A stretch of 64,000 bases of DNA from Saprospiraceae bacterium (GTDB lineage: Bacteria > Bacteroidota > Bacteroidia > Chitinophagales > Saprospiraceae): positions 1,590,387 through 1,654,386 of the forward strand of contig JADKFX010000001.1 of the NCBI GenBank assembly GCA_016717265.1, written 5' to 3'. Below are positions 1-9,690 of the stretch, piece by piece. Under the pieces are notes generated by a model that was given only the letters and a program-made list of their open reading frames with translations, ran no database searches and was not told the DNA's origin. Every line of letters begins with the position of its first letter. The stretch's first letter is position 1. The translations under genes and the position numbers were made by a program.

Positions 1-1
1 T

Positions 2-694
2 AAGGAAAGTACCGGGCATGGATCTCCAATGCCGATGCTTGTGCATGGTGGCCCTGGAAGGGCTGGAGGTGGTGAAGAAATGGGCGGACTTCGAGGGGTA
101 AAACATTATTTACAGCGAGTTGCTATTCAAGGTTCACCGGAAATGATAAGTTCTATTTCACAAGTATATCAGCAAGGTGCAAAATCCAATGAAAGTGAAA
201 TTCATTTGTTTCGAAAATATTTTGAAGAGCTTTTTATAGGGGATCGTATCACTACAGCAGGCCATACTGTTAGTGAAACAGACATTACAAATTTTGCAAA
301 TGTAAGTGGTGATAATTTTTATGCCCATATGGATGCCACTTCTTTAGAAGGAACCTTATTTAAAAGTCGGGTTGCTCATGGTTACTTTATTTTATCCAAA
401 GCAGCTGGATTATTTGTGGATGCAAAGAAAGGTCCTGTGCTATTAAATTACGGAATTGATGAATGCAGATTTACCAAACCGGTTTATCCTGGCATGACAA
501 TTTTTGTAAAATTAACTGTAAAAGAAAAAATGGATCAAGAAAGTTCCATTAAAATTCCAAACAAGGAGCATCCGGAAATTATAGATCATGAAGTGCCTTG
601 TGGAATTGTGAGATGGTTGGTAGAAGTTTTTGACCAAGACAATGATATCGTGGCAATTGCAACCATTTTGACAATGGTGAAAAAGAAAATTTAA
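2..694 (+). CDS. paaZ: C-terminal part of bifunctional PaaZ (aldehyde dehydrogenase end plus MaoC-like hot-dog hydratase domain), 5'-truncated by the window edge
   Basis: The frame is open from nt 2. '[32 protein letters not shown]' matches the end of the PaaZ dehydrogenase domain as I recall it. '[15 protein letters not shown]...[17 protein letters not shown]' is the MaoC/hot-dog signature. Confidence 0.85.
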   Translation, partial: KESTGHGSPMPMLVHGGPGRAGGGEEMGGLRGVKHYLQRVAIQGSPEMISSISQVYQQGAKSNESEIHLFRKYFEELFIGDRITTAGHTVSETDITNFANVSGDNFYAHMDATSLEGTLFKSRVAHGYFILSKAAGLFVDAKKGPVLLNYGIDECRFTKPVYPGMTIFVKLTVKEKMDQESSIKIPNKEHPEIIDHEVPCGIVRWLVEVFDQDNDIVAIATILTMVKKKI

Positions 695-714
695 ATATTA
701 ATTAAAACATAGAA

Positions 715-1410
715 CTATTCAAAATATCCTTTGCTTTCTACTTTATTTGAAAAAAAGTTTAAAAAGATCACCACAAACAATAAAAATAGAATTGCTTGAA
801 TGCAAACTAATAATTTACCAAAAGGTGTAACTGGATGAAAATCTCCTAAGCCCATGGAGGATGCAGTCGTAAAGCTAAAATAAACAGAATCATACCAATT
901 ATCTAATGGTTTATTGAGATGATCACCGGATGCATAAAAGACAGCAAATGCCAGAATAATTTCTATGTAATTTAGAAATACCAATAACATAGATCTTCTG
1001 TAGGATCTTGTTCGAGTCATTGTATCTGATGCAAAAATTAAGGTTGGTATATATAAAATGGTCTCTAAAACTAACCATATTTGAAACCAGAAAAAGAAAC
1101 TATTGTGTTCTAATTGAAATTTTAAAATAAATATAGGAAAACAAACTTTTGTCAATACAAGTGCGTCAACAGCTAAATCTTTATAATGAATCCCTTTTTT
1201 TTCAAAATAATGCTTTATATAACTTCCCGGAAATAGAAACTGAGAACTTGCTAACAGCAAGCGTACAATTTTTTCAAGTCCGATATCATTATGATGTTCA
1301 TTTTCCCAAATAGATTTAACATTTCGTTTTCTGCGGTCAATTACTTTAGGAGTCGATTTTTGCTCAAGATTTGGTTTACCGAGGATTAGTTTTTTAAAAA
1401 ACGCCTTCAT
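715..1410 (-). CDS. Small ion-channel protein (two-TM potassium-channel-like, Ion_trans_2 type)
   Basis: Several hydrophobic helices are followed by a pore-loop-like 'FSFTTASSMGLGDF' (TxxxxGxGD). The filter deviates from the canonical TVGYGD. Confidence 0.55.
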   Translation of the reverse strand: MKAFFKKLILGKPNLEQKSTPKVIDRRKRNVKSIWENEHHNDIGLEKIVRLLLASSQFLFPGSYIKHYFEKKGIHYKDLAVDALVLTKVCFPIFILKFQLEHNSFFFWFQIWLVLETILYIPTLIFASDTMTRTRSYRRSMLLVFLNYIEIILAFAVFYASGDHLNKPLDNWYDSVYFSFTTASSMGLGDFHPVTPFGKLLVCIQAILFLLFVVIFLNFFSNKVESKGYFE

Positions 1411-1417
1411 AATCTAG

Positions 1418-2299
1418 TTATATAAATTTATTTGAAGTTAATTTTTTAGGTGTCATTCCAAATTGTTTTTTAAAGGCTTCTATAAAATGACTTGTATTGC
1501 TATAACCAATTTCGTAAGCTGCTTCTTGAACCTGGTAATCACCACTTAACAATAATTGTTTAGCAATTTCTAATTTATGGGCCATTAAAAAATGGTAGGG
1601 TGCAATTCCATAAATTTCTTTAAAACCTGATTTAAGTTGAAATTCATTTAATTGAACTGCTTTGGAAAGTTCTGGAATCGTTGGTGGATTTTTATATTCA
1701 CTTATCAAAATATCTTTTGCATTTTTAATTTTTCTAACAGTTGCTTCATTTTTCAAAAATGGACAATGTTCAACTTGTTGTGGTTTTTCCAGATATAATA
1801 GGCTAATGATTTCAAGAATTTTGGCATTGTAAAATAATCGGTTTAAGTCTGGATTATTACTTTTTTGTGTCAGCTGATTTAAAACCAAAAGTAGTTCTGA
1901 TTCAATTTCGATTTCTTCATAAGTTTTTAATTGTGAATCAAAGAGCTTAAAAACAGAAGCAGATTGGTGTCCAGGCACAAATAATTGATGTAATTTTTGT
2001 AGGCTTAAAGAAATATGAATAATATGTCCAGGATCGCTGGATTCCAAAATTGTTGATAAATCGGCTTCAGGATTATAGATTATAAAGGCTTTACCCGCAG
2101 CAAGTAACCTTGAATATACCGGACCAAAACGGAACAGTACACCGGTTTGAAGACAAAATAAAATATGGACTTTTGATTTTCCAAAAATATAAGTCCCCCT
2201 TTGAAGGATATGTTCTGGCTTAATTATTTCTAAAAAAAGTTCGGCGTCTTCAAAGCAGTTAATCGAATTTCCGTTTTGGGTATTTTTCCTACTCAGCAT
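1418..2299 (-). CDS. AraC family transcriptional regulator
   Basis: C-terminal AraC HTH: 'LSKAVQLNEFQLKSGFKEIYGIAPYHFLMAHKLEIAKQLL...IGYSNTSHFIEAFKKQFGMTPKK'. It is divergent from the TonB-dependent receptor gene. Confidence 0.85.
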   Translation of the reverse strand: MLSRKNTQNGNSINCFEDAELFLEIIKPEHILQRGTYIFGKSKVHILFCLQTGVLFRFGPVYSRLLAAGKAFIIYNPEADLSTILESSDPGHIIHISLSLQKLHQLFVPGHQSASVFKLFDSQLKTYEEIEIESELLLVLNQLTQKSNNPDLNRLFYNAKILEIISLLYLEKPQQVEHCPFLKNEATVRKIKNAKDILISEYKNPPTIPELSKAVQLNEFQLKSGFKEIYGIAPYHFLMAHKLEIAKQLLLSGDYQVQEAAYEIGYSNTSHFIEAFKKQFGMTPKKLTSNKFI

Positions 2300-2461
2300 G
2301 TTGGGAGTTAATAGCGTGTGAATACATATTTAATAGGTTTTAACATATAAGCATTGATTTCATAAATTGATTTCAATCTCTAAAGATATGACCTTTTGGG
2401 TTATGGATTATGCTGAATGGGTTATTTTTCTATATTTTAAGCAGCCAATTTTGTGGTCCAA

Positions 2462-4585
2462 ATGAAATCTATTTTATTTATAGTTGCTATTTTTAGTTGC
2501 TTACAAGCTTCGACTCAAAGTGACTCAATTAACTTGAATGAAGTAGTTATAACGGCTACGAAGACTGAGCGCAGCTTGATTAGTGTCCCAATGCCGGTTT
2601 CAATAATCAAGGCTAAGATTATTAGTATGAGTGGATCCAGTAGATTGCAGGATATCCTGAGCGAACAAAACGGTCTGTCCATCGTGCCTCAAATTAACGG
2701 TTTTGGCAATGGTCTTCAACTTCAAGGTTTAAATCCAGATTATACCATGATTTTAATTGATGGGGAACCCTTAATTGGAAGACTTACAGGAAACTTAGAA
2801 CTGAATCGGATTACGGTAGCAAATATTAAGCGAATTGAAATTGTAAAAGGCCCCAGCTCTAGTTTGTATGGTTCAGAAGCCTTGGGTGGAGTGATCAATA
2901 TTATCACCCATTCACCTGAAGTAAGTAAGCTAAATCTTGGATTAAAATATGCCAGCAACAATACCTTAGATGCTTCGTTGCAAACGAATCTTATCAAGAA
3001 TGATTTAAGTATTAGTGTTTTTGGCAATCATTTTAGGACTGCTGGTTTTGATTTATCGCCGAATATTTATGGGCAGACAGTATCGCCTTATTATAATTCG
3101 ACATTGCAATTGAAATTGAAAAAGGATTTTAGAGAACGGCACATTTTTTCATTAAGTGGAAAATCTTATTTTGAAACACAAGAAAATGAATATCAAGTTG
3201 TCAATGGTTTAGATTCAATTCGGGTATTCGGACACGCTTATGTAAAAGATTTTAGTTTAAATCCGCAGTATAAGTTAAAGCTTGCAAATCATACTTTTAT
3301 AAATACATCCGTTTATGGAAGTTTTTATGAAACCAATACACAATTATTTAAAAATGACAGCCGGGAGGTTTATTATACAGATAGTTTCCAGCAACTATTT
3401 ATCAGACCTGAAATTCAGGCGAGTTGTTATTTTCAGGATTTTCAAAAGTGGACAGCAGGTATTGGAAGTGCATTTGAATCCGTGAAAACTTCGCGATATG
3501 CTGATTCAGAACAACGAAATCAGCAAACAAATTTTGTTTATATACAACATGAATGGACAATCAAAAATCGCTTTGAAATTGTCAGTGGAATTCGCTATGA
3601 TCTCAACACAATTTATGGATCACAATGGAGTCCGAAATTTGCAGCACAATGGTCTGTTGGAAAACGTTGGAAGCTAAAAAGTTCATTTGGAACAGGGTTT
3701 AAAGCACCTGATTTTAGATATTTGTATTTGAATTTCAAGAATGCAGCTGCCGGATATTTTGTATTTGGTACCAATGAATTGAAATATCAAATTGAAAAGT
3801 TAAAAAATAATGGCGAAATTCAACAGCTCTTCTATGATGTCAATTTAATCGGAAAATTAGATCCTGAGAAGTCAATGGCGATTAATGCTGGATTTCAATT
3901 TTATTATAATGCTAATGGTCATGTTGATGTTAATTTTTTCAGAAATGATTTGGAAGGATTGATTGAGTCACAACCTATTGCTTTGACTATTGATCAAAAA
4001 ACAATTTATTCCTATTCGAATATAAAAAGAGCTTTTACACAAGGTTTAGAATTTAGTGTGATTCATAAATTAAATTTCGGCTTACACATTGAAATGTCGT
4101 CACAAATTTTATTTGCAATGGATAAGGAGATCTTGGATCAAATTAATCAAGGTCAAGTTTTTGGAAGAGATCCGATTTCAAAAGAAACCTATCGAATCAA
4201 AAAATCTGATTATTTCGGATTATATAATCGTTCCAGACATACCGAATCTTTAAAACTTTTTTACGAAAACAAGAAACATCATTGGGATGCCAGTATTCGA
4301 TTGATTTATAAAGGGAAGTTCGGAATTTCGAATACGGCGGGCAGTGTTCAAGGTAATATTCGTCCAGCTTCAGATATTAATGGCAATTCAATTTTAGATC
4401 AATATGATCAATTTGTTGATGGGTATATTTTGTGTAATGTGTCAATTTCAAAGAATTTATTAGATAAATTTAGAATCCAATTGGGGGCTGATAATCTTTT
4501 TAATTATATAGACTCGGATCATATCCCAAGTTTATTTGGGCGAAATTTATATTTAAATGTCAATTATAAACTTTATAAAAAATGA
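2462..4585 (+). CDS. TonB-dependent outer-membrane receptor
   Basis: It has a signal peptide and a plug region ('NEVVITATKTERSLISVPMPVSII', 'IEIVKGPSSSLYGSEALGGVINIIT'). A long beta-barrel ends in an aromatic-rich tail ('NLYLNVNYKLYKK'). The ATG at 2462 is preferred over the GTG at 2453. Confidence 0.9.
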   Translation: MKSILFIVAIFSCLQASTQSDSINLNEVVITATKTERSLISVPMPVSIIKAKIISMSGSSRLQDILSEQNGLSIVPQINGFGNGLQLQGLNPDYTMILIDGEPLIGRLTGNLELNRITVANIKRIEIVKGPSSSLYGSEALGGVINIITHSPEVSKLNLGLKYASNNTLDASLQTNLIKNDLSISVFGNHFRTAGFDLSPNIYGQTVSPYYNSTLQLKLKKDFRERHIFSLSGKSYFETQENEYQVVNGLDSIRVFGHAYVKDFSLNPQYKLKLANHTFINTSVYGSFYETNTQLFKNDSREVYYTDSFQQLFIRPEIQASCYFQDFQKWTAGIGSAFESVKTSRYADSEQRNQQTNFVYIQHEWTIKNRFEIVSGIRYDLNTIYGSQWSPKFAAQWSVGKRWKLKSSFGTGFKAPDFRYLYLNFKNAAAGYFVFGTNELKYQIEKLKNNGEIQQLFYDVNLIGKLDPEKSMAINAGFQFYYNANGHVDVNFFRNDLEGLIESQPIALTIDQKTIYSYSNIKRAFTQGLEFSVIHKLNFGLHIEMSSQILFAMDKEILDQINQGQVFGRDPISKETYRIKKSDYFGLYNRSRHTESLKLFYENKKHHWDASIRLIYKGKFGISNTAGSVQGNIRPASDINGNSILDQYDQFVDGYILCNVSISKNLLDKFRIQLGADNLFNYIDSDHIPSLFGRNLYLNVNYKLYKK

Positions 4586-5205
4586 TTATGAAAATCAATT
4601 ATTATTTATTTTTACTAAGTATTTTATTTTCTTTTTATTCTTGCAGTGACGATCCTGTAACAATCAATGGAGTACGTTCAGTGAAAATTGTGAATTTACC
4701 AGCTGATCCAGCAACTAGTTATGATCCAACAAATGGTACCCCTATAGGGACTAAAAACTTATTTACTTTTTTTAGGTTTAGTGATAGTACAATTGTACCC
4801 AATACAGATAGTGCAACTGCAAAATGGGATATTGCATTTAAGGCAAGTACTATATTAATCAACAGCGGAACAAGTGGTCCAGGATTAGGTGCTGCTTTTG
4901 TTGAAACTGGTTTGTTTTCAGACATTAAGGAAGTTCCCGTATCTGGTATTTTTAAAACAGATTCAACCTTGGCAAATCTGGCCATTGGAAAATCTTGGTA
5001 TACATATGATGCTGCTGCGATGGTTTTTAATCCAACACCAGGAAAAATATTCGTGATTAAAACTGCGGATAATAAATTTGTAAAAATGGAAATATTAAGC
5101 TATTATAAAGATTCACCAATAGCTCCGAATAGTAGAGCAGATGCTCCGCGTTATTATACATTTCGTTATGTATATCAGCCAAGTGGAAGTACTAAATTTG
5201 AATAA
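4582..5205 (+). CDS. HmuY-like lipoprotein (putative ligand-binding partner of the upstream TonB-dependent receptor)
   Basis: The lipoprotein signal ends in 'FYSC'. The ATGA overlap with the receptor stop suggests translational coupling. 'FTFFRFSDSTIV...KWDIAF...SGTSGPGLGAAF' and 'KIFVIKTADNKFVKMEILSYY...YYTFRYVYQ' parallel the P. gingivalis HmuY layout as I recall it. The protein has no His residues. Confidence 0.5.
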   Translation: MIMKINYYLFLLSILFSFYSCSDDPVTINGVRSVKIVNLPADPATSYDPTNGTPIGTKNLFTFFRFSDSTIVPNTDSATAKWDIAFKASTILINSGTSGPGLGAAFVETGLFSDIKEVPVSGIFKTDSTLANLAIGKSWYTYDAAAMVFNPTPGKIFVIKTADNKFVKMEILSYYKDSPIAPNSRADAPRYYTFRYVYQPSGSTKFE

Positions 5206-5227
5206 TCATTCGATTTCATGAGAAATA

Positions 5228-5268
5228 GAAAAGCCCATCGAAATAAATCCATGGGCTTTTCTTTTTTT
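5228..5268 (+). terminator. Rho-independent terminator between convergent genes
   Basis: A perfect 11-bp stem (gaaaagcccat at 5228-5238, atgggcttttc at 5251-5261) has a 12-nt loop and is followed by TTTTTTT. Confidence 0.75.
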
Positions 5269-5285
5269 ATGTAATTAAGCTTTGC

Positions 5286-5810
5286 CTAAAATGCATATCC
5301 AATTGCAAAAACAAAACGAGGAAGGATTCCTTCAAAATCTACCGTAGTATCTAGATTGTCATCTTTACCCGCAAAAATACTGTATTGAGGTCCCATTCCG
5401 AGTTCTAAAGTAAAGCCACTATCCCAAACCCATTGATACCCTAAGGTAGCCCCAATCCCAAATAAATTAAAAGAAGCACTATTATCGGTACCATCTTCTT
5501 TCGTTTTATTAATATCAAAACCAATATTTGGGCCTATGTAGAAACCTTCTGGTGCTGGCTTTTTTCGATTTGTAATATAAAAACGAAATTCAGCATCAAT
5601 TCCAAATCCAGTCGTTTTTATATCACCAAATTTTCTGGAATAAAAGTTTCCTCCAAATTGAAATGAAGTTTTTTGATTTATTGCTTTTTCATAGCGCAAA
5701 TTAATATTTCCAAATGCAAAGGCAAGTGGATTCGTTTTAATAATCTGGTTTTGACTATAAACCTGAATCATAAGAAACGATAAAATAAAGGAGAAGAAAA
5801 TCTTTTTCAT
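5286..5810 (-). CDS. Small outer-membrane beta-barrel protein (DUF3575-like), paralog 1
   Basis: It has a signal peptide ('FLMIQVYSQ'), an alternating beta-strand pattern and a C-terminal aromatic residue ('AIGYAF'). It shares 'YRFYIT..K.P.P.GFY.GPN' and 'LGYQWVW.SG..L.LG.GPQYS' with the next gene. Confidence 0.5.
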   Translation of the reverse strand: MKKIFFSFILSFLMIQVYSQNQIIKTNPLAFAFGNINLRYEKAINQKTSFQFGGNFYSRKFGDIKTTGFGIDAEFRFYITNRKKPAPEGFYIGPNIGFDINKTKEDGTDNSASFNLFGIGATLGYQWVWDSGFTLELGMGPQYSIFAGKDDNLDTTVDFEGILPRFVFAIGYAF

Positions 5811-5849
5811 TTGTTTGTTTATTTAGTTAATTAAATTATTTTAAAAGGA

Positions 5850-6308
5850 CTACCAATGATAGCCCATTGCAAACACTCCATATGGTAAAACACCATTCCC
5901 AAAAGTATCACCAACCAATGAATATTGTGGACCTAGTCCTAAATCAAGGGATACACCACTTTTCCAAACCCATTGATATCCTATTAAGGCGCCTATTGAA
6001 GTTTCAACATCGTCATCAATATTTAGTAACAAAATATTTGGACCTGCATAAAATCCAGCTGGGCTCGGACGATTTTTATGGGTAATATAAAATCTATACT
6101 CGCTCGTTGCTGCAAATCCACCATCGTTTCCAGCATAAAATCCCATACCTAAGGATAATGAGGATTTTGAGTTTAGAGCATGCTCATAAGTAGCGTGAAA
6201 GAAACCAGCAGCAAAAAAAATTGGATTTACTTTAATAATATTTGTTTGAGAAAATCCATTTCTGGACATTAAAAAACAGATACATATAAGCAGGAATATC
6301 TTTTGCAT
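5850..6308 (-). CDS. Small outer-membrane beta-barrel protein (DUF3575-like), paralog 2
   Basis: It has the same motifs as 5286-5810 and ends in 'AMGYHW'. The ATG at 6308 (MQKIFLL...) is preferred over the TTG at 6320. Confidence 0.5.
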   Translation of the reverse strand: MQKIFLLICICFLMSRNGFSQTNIIKVNPIFFAAGFFHATYEHALNSKSSLSLGMGFYAGNDGGFAATSEYRFYITHKNRPSPAGFYAGPNILLLNIDDDVETSIGALIGYQWVWKSGVSLDLGLGPQYSLVGDTFGNGVLPYGVFAMGYHW

Positions 6309-6464
6309 AAGTTCAAGCAATCAAAACATAAACATACTGAAATCCTTAATACGTTGTAAATAGTTTAATATTAACAATTAATGTATGTATAAAAAATACA
6401 ATAACAAGAAAATATAAATATTAAATAAATATATGTGTTTAATTATTTAACTATTTCCAGTTTT

Positions 6465-7628
6465 TTATTCCAAAACTTGATACCTGTCTGAATTCGGATG
6501 AAACGTTTTCCAACTGTGCCAAAATTCCTGATAGGCATTGATATGTTTCAATTTTGGATGCTCTACAGATGTAAAATTCAATGATTCACCAGTAAAACGA
6601 TAGTAAATCGAATTCATAAATAAGCTATCATTTCTAAATATAAATTTAGATTCCGGTGTAGGTCTTTCAAATGCAAAGAAACTTTTTTTGTCAGAAGAAA
6701 GTAATAATACAATAAAAGTATTTCCAATTTGATCAAGAATCATCTGATCTTTAATTAATTGATTCCAATCATAGGCTCGGCTATCATTTCCAATTTGAAT
6801 TCCTATAATCCAGGATTTATCACTCCATGAACTACTATCTTTTTTGGTTAATTTACCTTTCGATTTACCAGCTTCATATAAGGCTAAGCTATCATACTTT
6901 ATTTTATAAACAGGATCTTCCTGCATAATTTGAGTATTTGGATGTAAATCAATCCAGGTTTTTAAAGAAGTTTGCTGGGATGGAAATTCAGCTAAGAAGC
7001 TGCCCTTCAAAGGTCCAACCACACATTCTCCAGTTGATTGTCGCCACCAACTTTTGGTCGAATGATCCTCCAACAGGGCATTAAAATGATCCATTCCGAC
7101 TAACCTAAAATTTTCTAACTTATGGTTTACAAGAGCTTCATAACATCTGCCCGTTCGGCAAACTGTGCAATAGGTTATTAAGATTGATTTGTCTCCAATT
7201 TTATCTGCTACTTGGTGATGGTAACCAATTAAATATATTGGATATGCTTTAAATTCACCATTCATTGAAAGGCCTAAGACCAGGCGATCAGGATCAATTT
7301 CATTTGAATCTATGGGTTTTAAAATTAAATTTTTTGGAGCATAAAACATTTTATCAGCTGGAAATTCAAAATTAAATTGATAAATCACAAAAAGTACAAA
7401 AAGGAAAACCAAGGTACTTAACCACTTCGATTTTTGAAAAGCAACAAGAAAGCCTGATATCATTGCAAGTCCAAGAAGGCATCGAATATACCATCTCCAG
7501 GAATAAAGTGAATATGCAAATTCCAATGAATTTATTTTTTGACTTCCCGGTAAAGGCATAATAAAATATACATTGGCAAATTCAAAAAGTATCCATAAAA
7601 TCGATGCTGTATAAAATAAATATTTCAT
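6465..7628 (-). CDS. DUF3179-like protein with N-terminal membrane anchor
   Basis: About four N-terminal hydrophobic helices precede 'PIYLIGYHHQVADKIGDKSILITYCTVCRTG', which resembles the DUF3179 'tyCplC.t' core. Confidence 0.6.
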   Translation of the reverse strand: MKYLFYTASILWILFEFANVYFIMPLPGSQKINSLEFAYSLYSWRWYIRCLLGLAMISGFLVAFQKSKWLSTLVFLFVLFVIYQFNFEFPADKMFYAPKNLILKPIDSNEIDPDRLVLGLSMNGEFKAYPIYLIGYHHQVADKIGDKSILITYCTVCRTGRCYEALVNHKLENFRLVGMDHFNALLEDHSTKSWWRQSTGECVVGPLKGSFLAEFPSQQTSLKTWIDLHPNTQIMQEDPVYKIKYDSLALYEAGKSKGKLTKKDSSSWSDKSWIIGIQIGNDSRAYDWNQLIKDQMILDQIGNTFIVLLLSSDKKSFFAFERPTPESKFIFRNDSLFMNSIYYRFTGESLNFTSVEHPKLKHINAYQEFWHSWKTFHPNSDRYQVLE

Positions 7629-7643
7629 ATTCTCTAACTTAAA

Positions 7644-8363
7644 TTATGGTTCAAAGACAAATAAATTATTTTCGATATCAAACGCAATCAAGCCTTGATT
7701 TGAATAATACACTTTTAACTGGTCTTCATTTTCATAATTGCTATAAACATTTGCAAATTGATACTTACCTAATTTTATAGTGTTTAAAAATGCATACGTG
7801 CCAAGAAGTGCATCTTGAAAGCCCCTATCTAAAATAGGAATTTGTAAAACAAGAATTCGCTTAGGATCAAGTGGCGGATTTTTTAATTGAATATAAATTT
7901 GTAGAACATCCGCCATTTGAATATCATCTAAATTACTTTTTATTTCATCAACAACAACATCCAGAGAAAATTCTATTGCCAAGAGTTTGGAAAGTTTTGT
8001 CGAAGTCGTAAGTTTTGAAAAGAGGACTCTTGTGGAATAATTCACCACACTCATTTGGAGTGAATCCTCAGGACATAGAATTTTAAACTGAAGCGAATTT
8101 CCATCAACAGTTTCAAACAAATGAGTTACCGTGAGCATCATGGTATCATTAAATTGATTAATATATTTCAATTCTTGTAACTTAGAGAAGTTCACCCAAT
8201 CCCTGCTGCGGGATGCAACTTGTAACGTCTCTGTATTATAAACCTTTGAACAAGGATTATAAGGGGTATCCTCTAGCGAACAAGAGAAAACTATTGATAT
8301 TGGTAACAAGTATAAATAATATCGTTTCACCACACGCAATGGTTTATTAAAGATTAATTTCAT
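7644..8363 (-). CDS. Hypothetical lipoprotein
   Basis: It has a signal/lipobox-like 'ISIVFSCS' and no motif I recognise. It lies 15 nt upstream of the DUF3179 gene on the same strand. Confidence 0.45.
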   Translation of the reverse strand: MKLIFNKPLRVVKRYYLYLLPISIVFSCSLEDTPYNPCSKVYNTETLQVASRSRDWVNFSKLQELKYINQFNDTMMLTVTHLFETVDGNSLQFKILCPEDSLQMSVVNYSTRVLFSKLTTSTKLSKLLAIEFSLDVVVDEIKSNLDDIQMADVLQIYIQLKNPPLDPKRILVLQIPILDRGFQDALLGTYAFLNTIKLGKYQFANVYSNYENEDQLKVYYSNQGLIAFDIENNLFVFEP

Positions 8364-8528
8364 TCTTTTACAAATCTAAGTTAAGGCATTTGTTTATAAT
8401 TTGCATTAAGCCAATTCTAATTTCAACGAACTAACTTTATAAGATTGCCGGGATTAAATTGTTAATGTCTCTCAAAGAGTCTATTAAACAGTTAAATTCT
8501 TTGGAATTTTGTAGAATAATATATCAAA

Positions 8529-9596
8529 ATGATCAAATTTAGAAAAGAATTAATAATCTCTGTGTTTATTGGAATTTTATTCGTGTGTTCGTGTAAATCG
8601 GATTCTAAGTCGAATGCAGAGAGTCAGGCAGCAGCCCAAGCTTTACCTGAAGAATCTCAAACAGGGCAAACTTATGCAGTTACACTAGATGGAAAGAGAC
8701 TTTTAGAATTGCCGGAACCAGATTCCATAAAAGAGAGAAATAAGAAAAATTTAGATGACTCCAGAATGTTTTATCTCGGCCATTTAACAGAAGTCAAATC
8801 ATTTATTGCCTATGGTTATCAATGCATTGAGTCTGGGTTGGTTGAAAATGCTATCCAGGTTTTGAGCAAAGGAATTGAACAATTTCAGAATACAGCGGAT
8901 TTGTATTTATATCGTGGAATTGCCTCTGTTCAAGGTAGGCAATTTGCTTCTGCGGTGAATGATTTTTGGAAGGCAGGTAAAGCAGTGGAGGGCCAAAAAG
9001 ACATCAAAGGTCTATTAGAAAAGTCAGAAACAGATAAGAAAATTAATGCTAGTTTGCATTATGAGATTTATAAATGGATGGGATTAGCTTTTCAATGTCA
9101 GGGTGATTTTTCGAATGCTGAAAAAATGTATGAAGTTTGTGGAGATTTTTCAAATAATTCTGATTTGTATTGTATGGCGTATTATTGGCAATATCAGTCT
9201 TATATGAGAGCAAACAGGCAAAAGGATGCTGAAGGAATTTTAACTACTATTGAACCAAAAATGTTTATTACGCCGGTAACAAAGCCTTATCTGGATGCAC
9301 TTTTATATTACAAGGGAAGTATAAAGGAAGTGGATCTTGTAAATTTAGAAGAAAAGCCAAAGTCCTCCGCTGAAGCAAGAGATTGGAGTATAAAAGCTTA
9401 TGCAATAGCAGTGAAGGCAATCATTGATAATAAACAGGCTAGACAAATCCAAGTTTTGGAAAAAATTCTGGAAAGTCCATTCTGGAATCAAATGCCATAC
9501 ATAGCTGCAGAAGCCGACTATCATGCTGTGAAAGGATTTAAGTATCAGGAAATGCAAACAAAAGAAATTAATTCAAATAGCAAAAAGTCAAAATAG
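8529..9596 (+). CDS. TPR-like helical-repeat lipoprotein (hypothetical)
   Basis: It has the lipobox 'LFVCSC'. Helical-repeat-like segments include 'AIQVLSKGIEQFQNTADLYLYRGIA' and 'YKWMGLAFQCQGDFSNAEKMYE'. Confidence 0.45.
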   Translation: MIKFRKELIISVFIGILFVCSCKSDSKSNAESQAAAQALPEESQTGQTYAVTLDGKRLLELPEPDSIKERNKKNLDDSRMFYLGHLTEVKSFIAYGYQCIESGLVENAIQVLSKGIEQFQNTADLYLYRGIASVQGRQFASAVNDFWKAGKAVEGQKDIKGLLEKSETDKKINASLHYEIYKWMGLAFQCQGDFSNAEKMYEVCGDFSNNSDLYCMAYYWQYQSYMRANRQKDAEGILTTIEPKMFITPVTKPYLDALLYYKGSIKEVDLVNLEEKPKSSAEARDWSIKAYAIAVKAIIDNKQARQIQVLEKILESPFWNQMPYIAAEADYHAVKGFKYQEMQTKEINSNSKKSK

Positions 9597-9690
9597 TAAC
9601 TGCTTTCATCGTTGATTTTTAAAGTATTGTCGATGAAACTTGGTTTTGGATTTTCCTTGTAATACATTTGAATTCTAAATCTTTAAATGT

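Noticed and set aside
2300-2461. A cobalamin or other riboswitch upstream of the TonB-dependent receptor
   Set aside because: The leader is only ~160 nt and AT-rich, and it lacks a B12-box-like GCCACTG core or any conserved GC-rich helices that I could recognise.
2740-4985. Antisense ORFs 2740-3027 and 4719-4985 inside the TonB-dependent receptor and HmuY-like genes
   Set aside because: They are fully embedded antisense to genes with strong family signatures, and nothing supports them independently.
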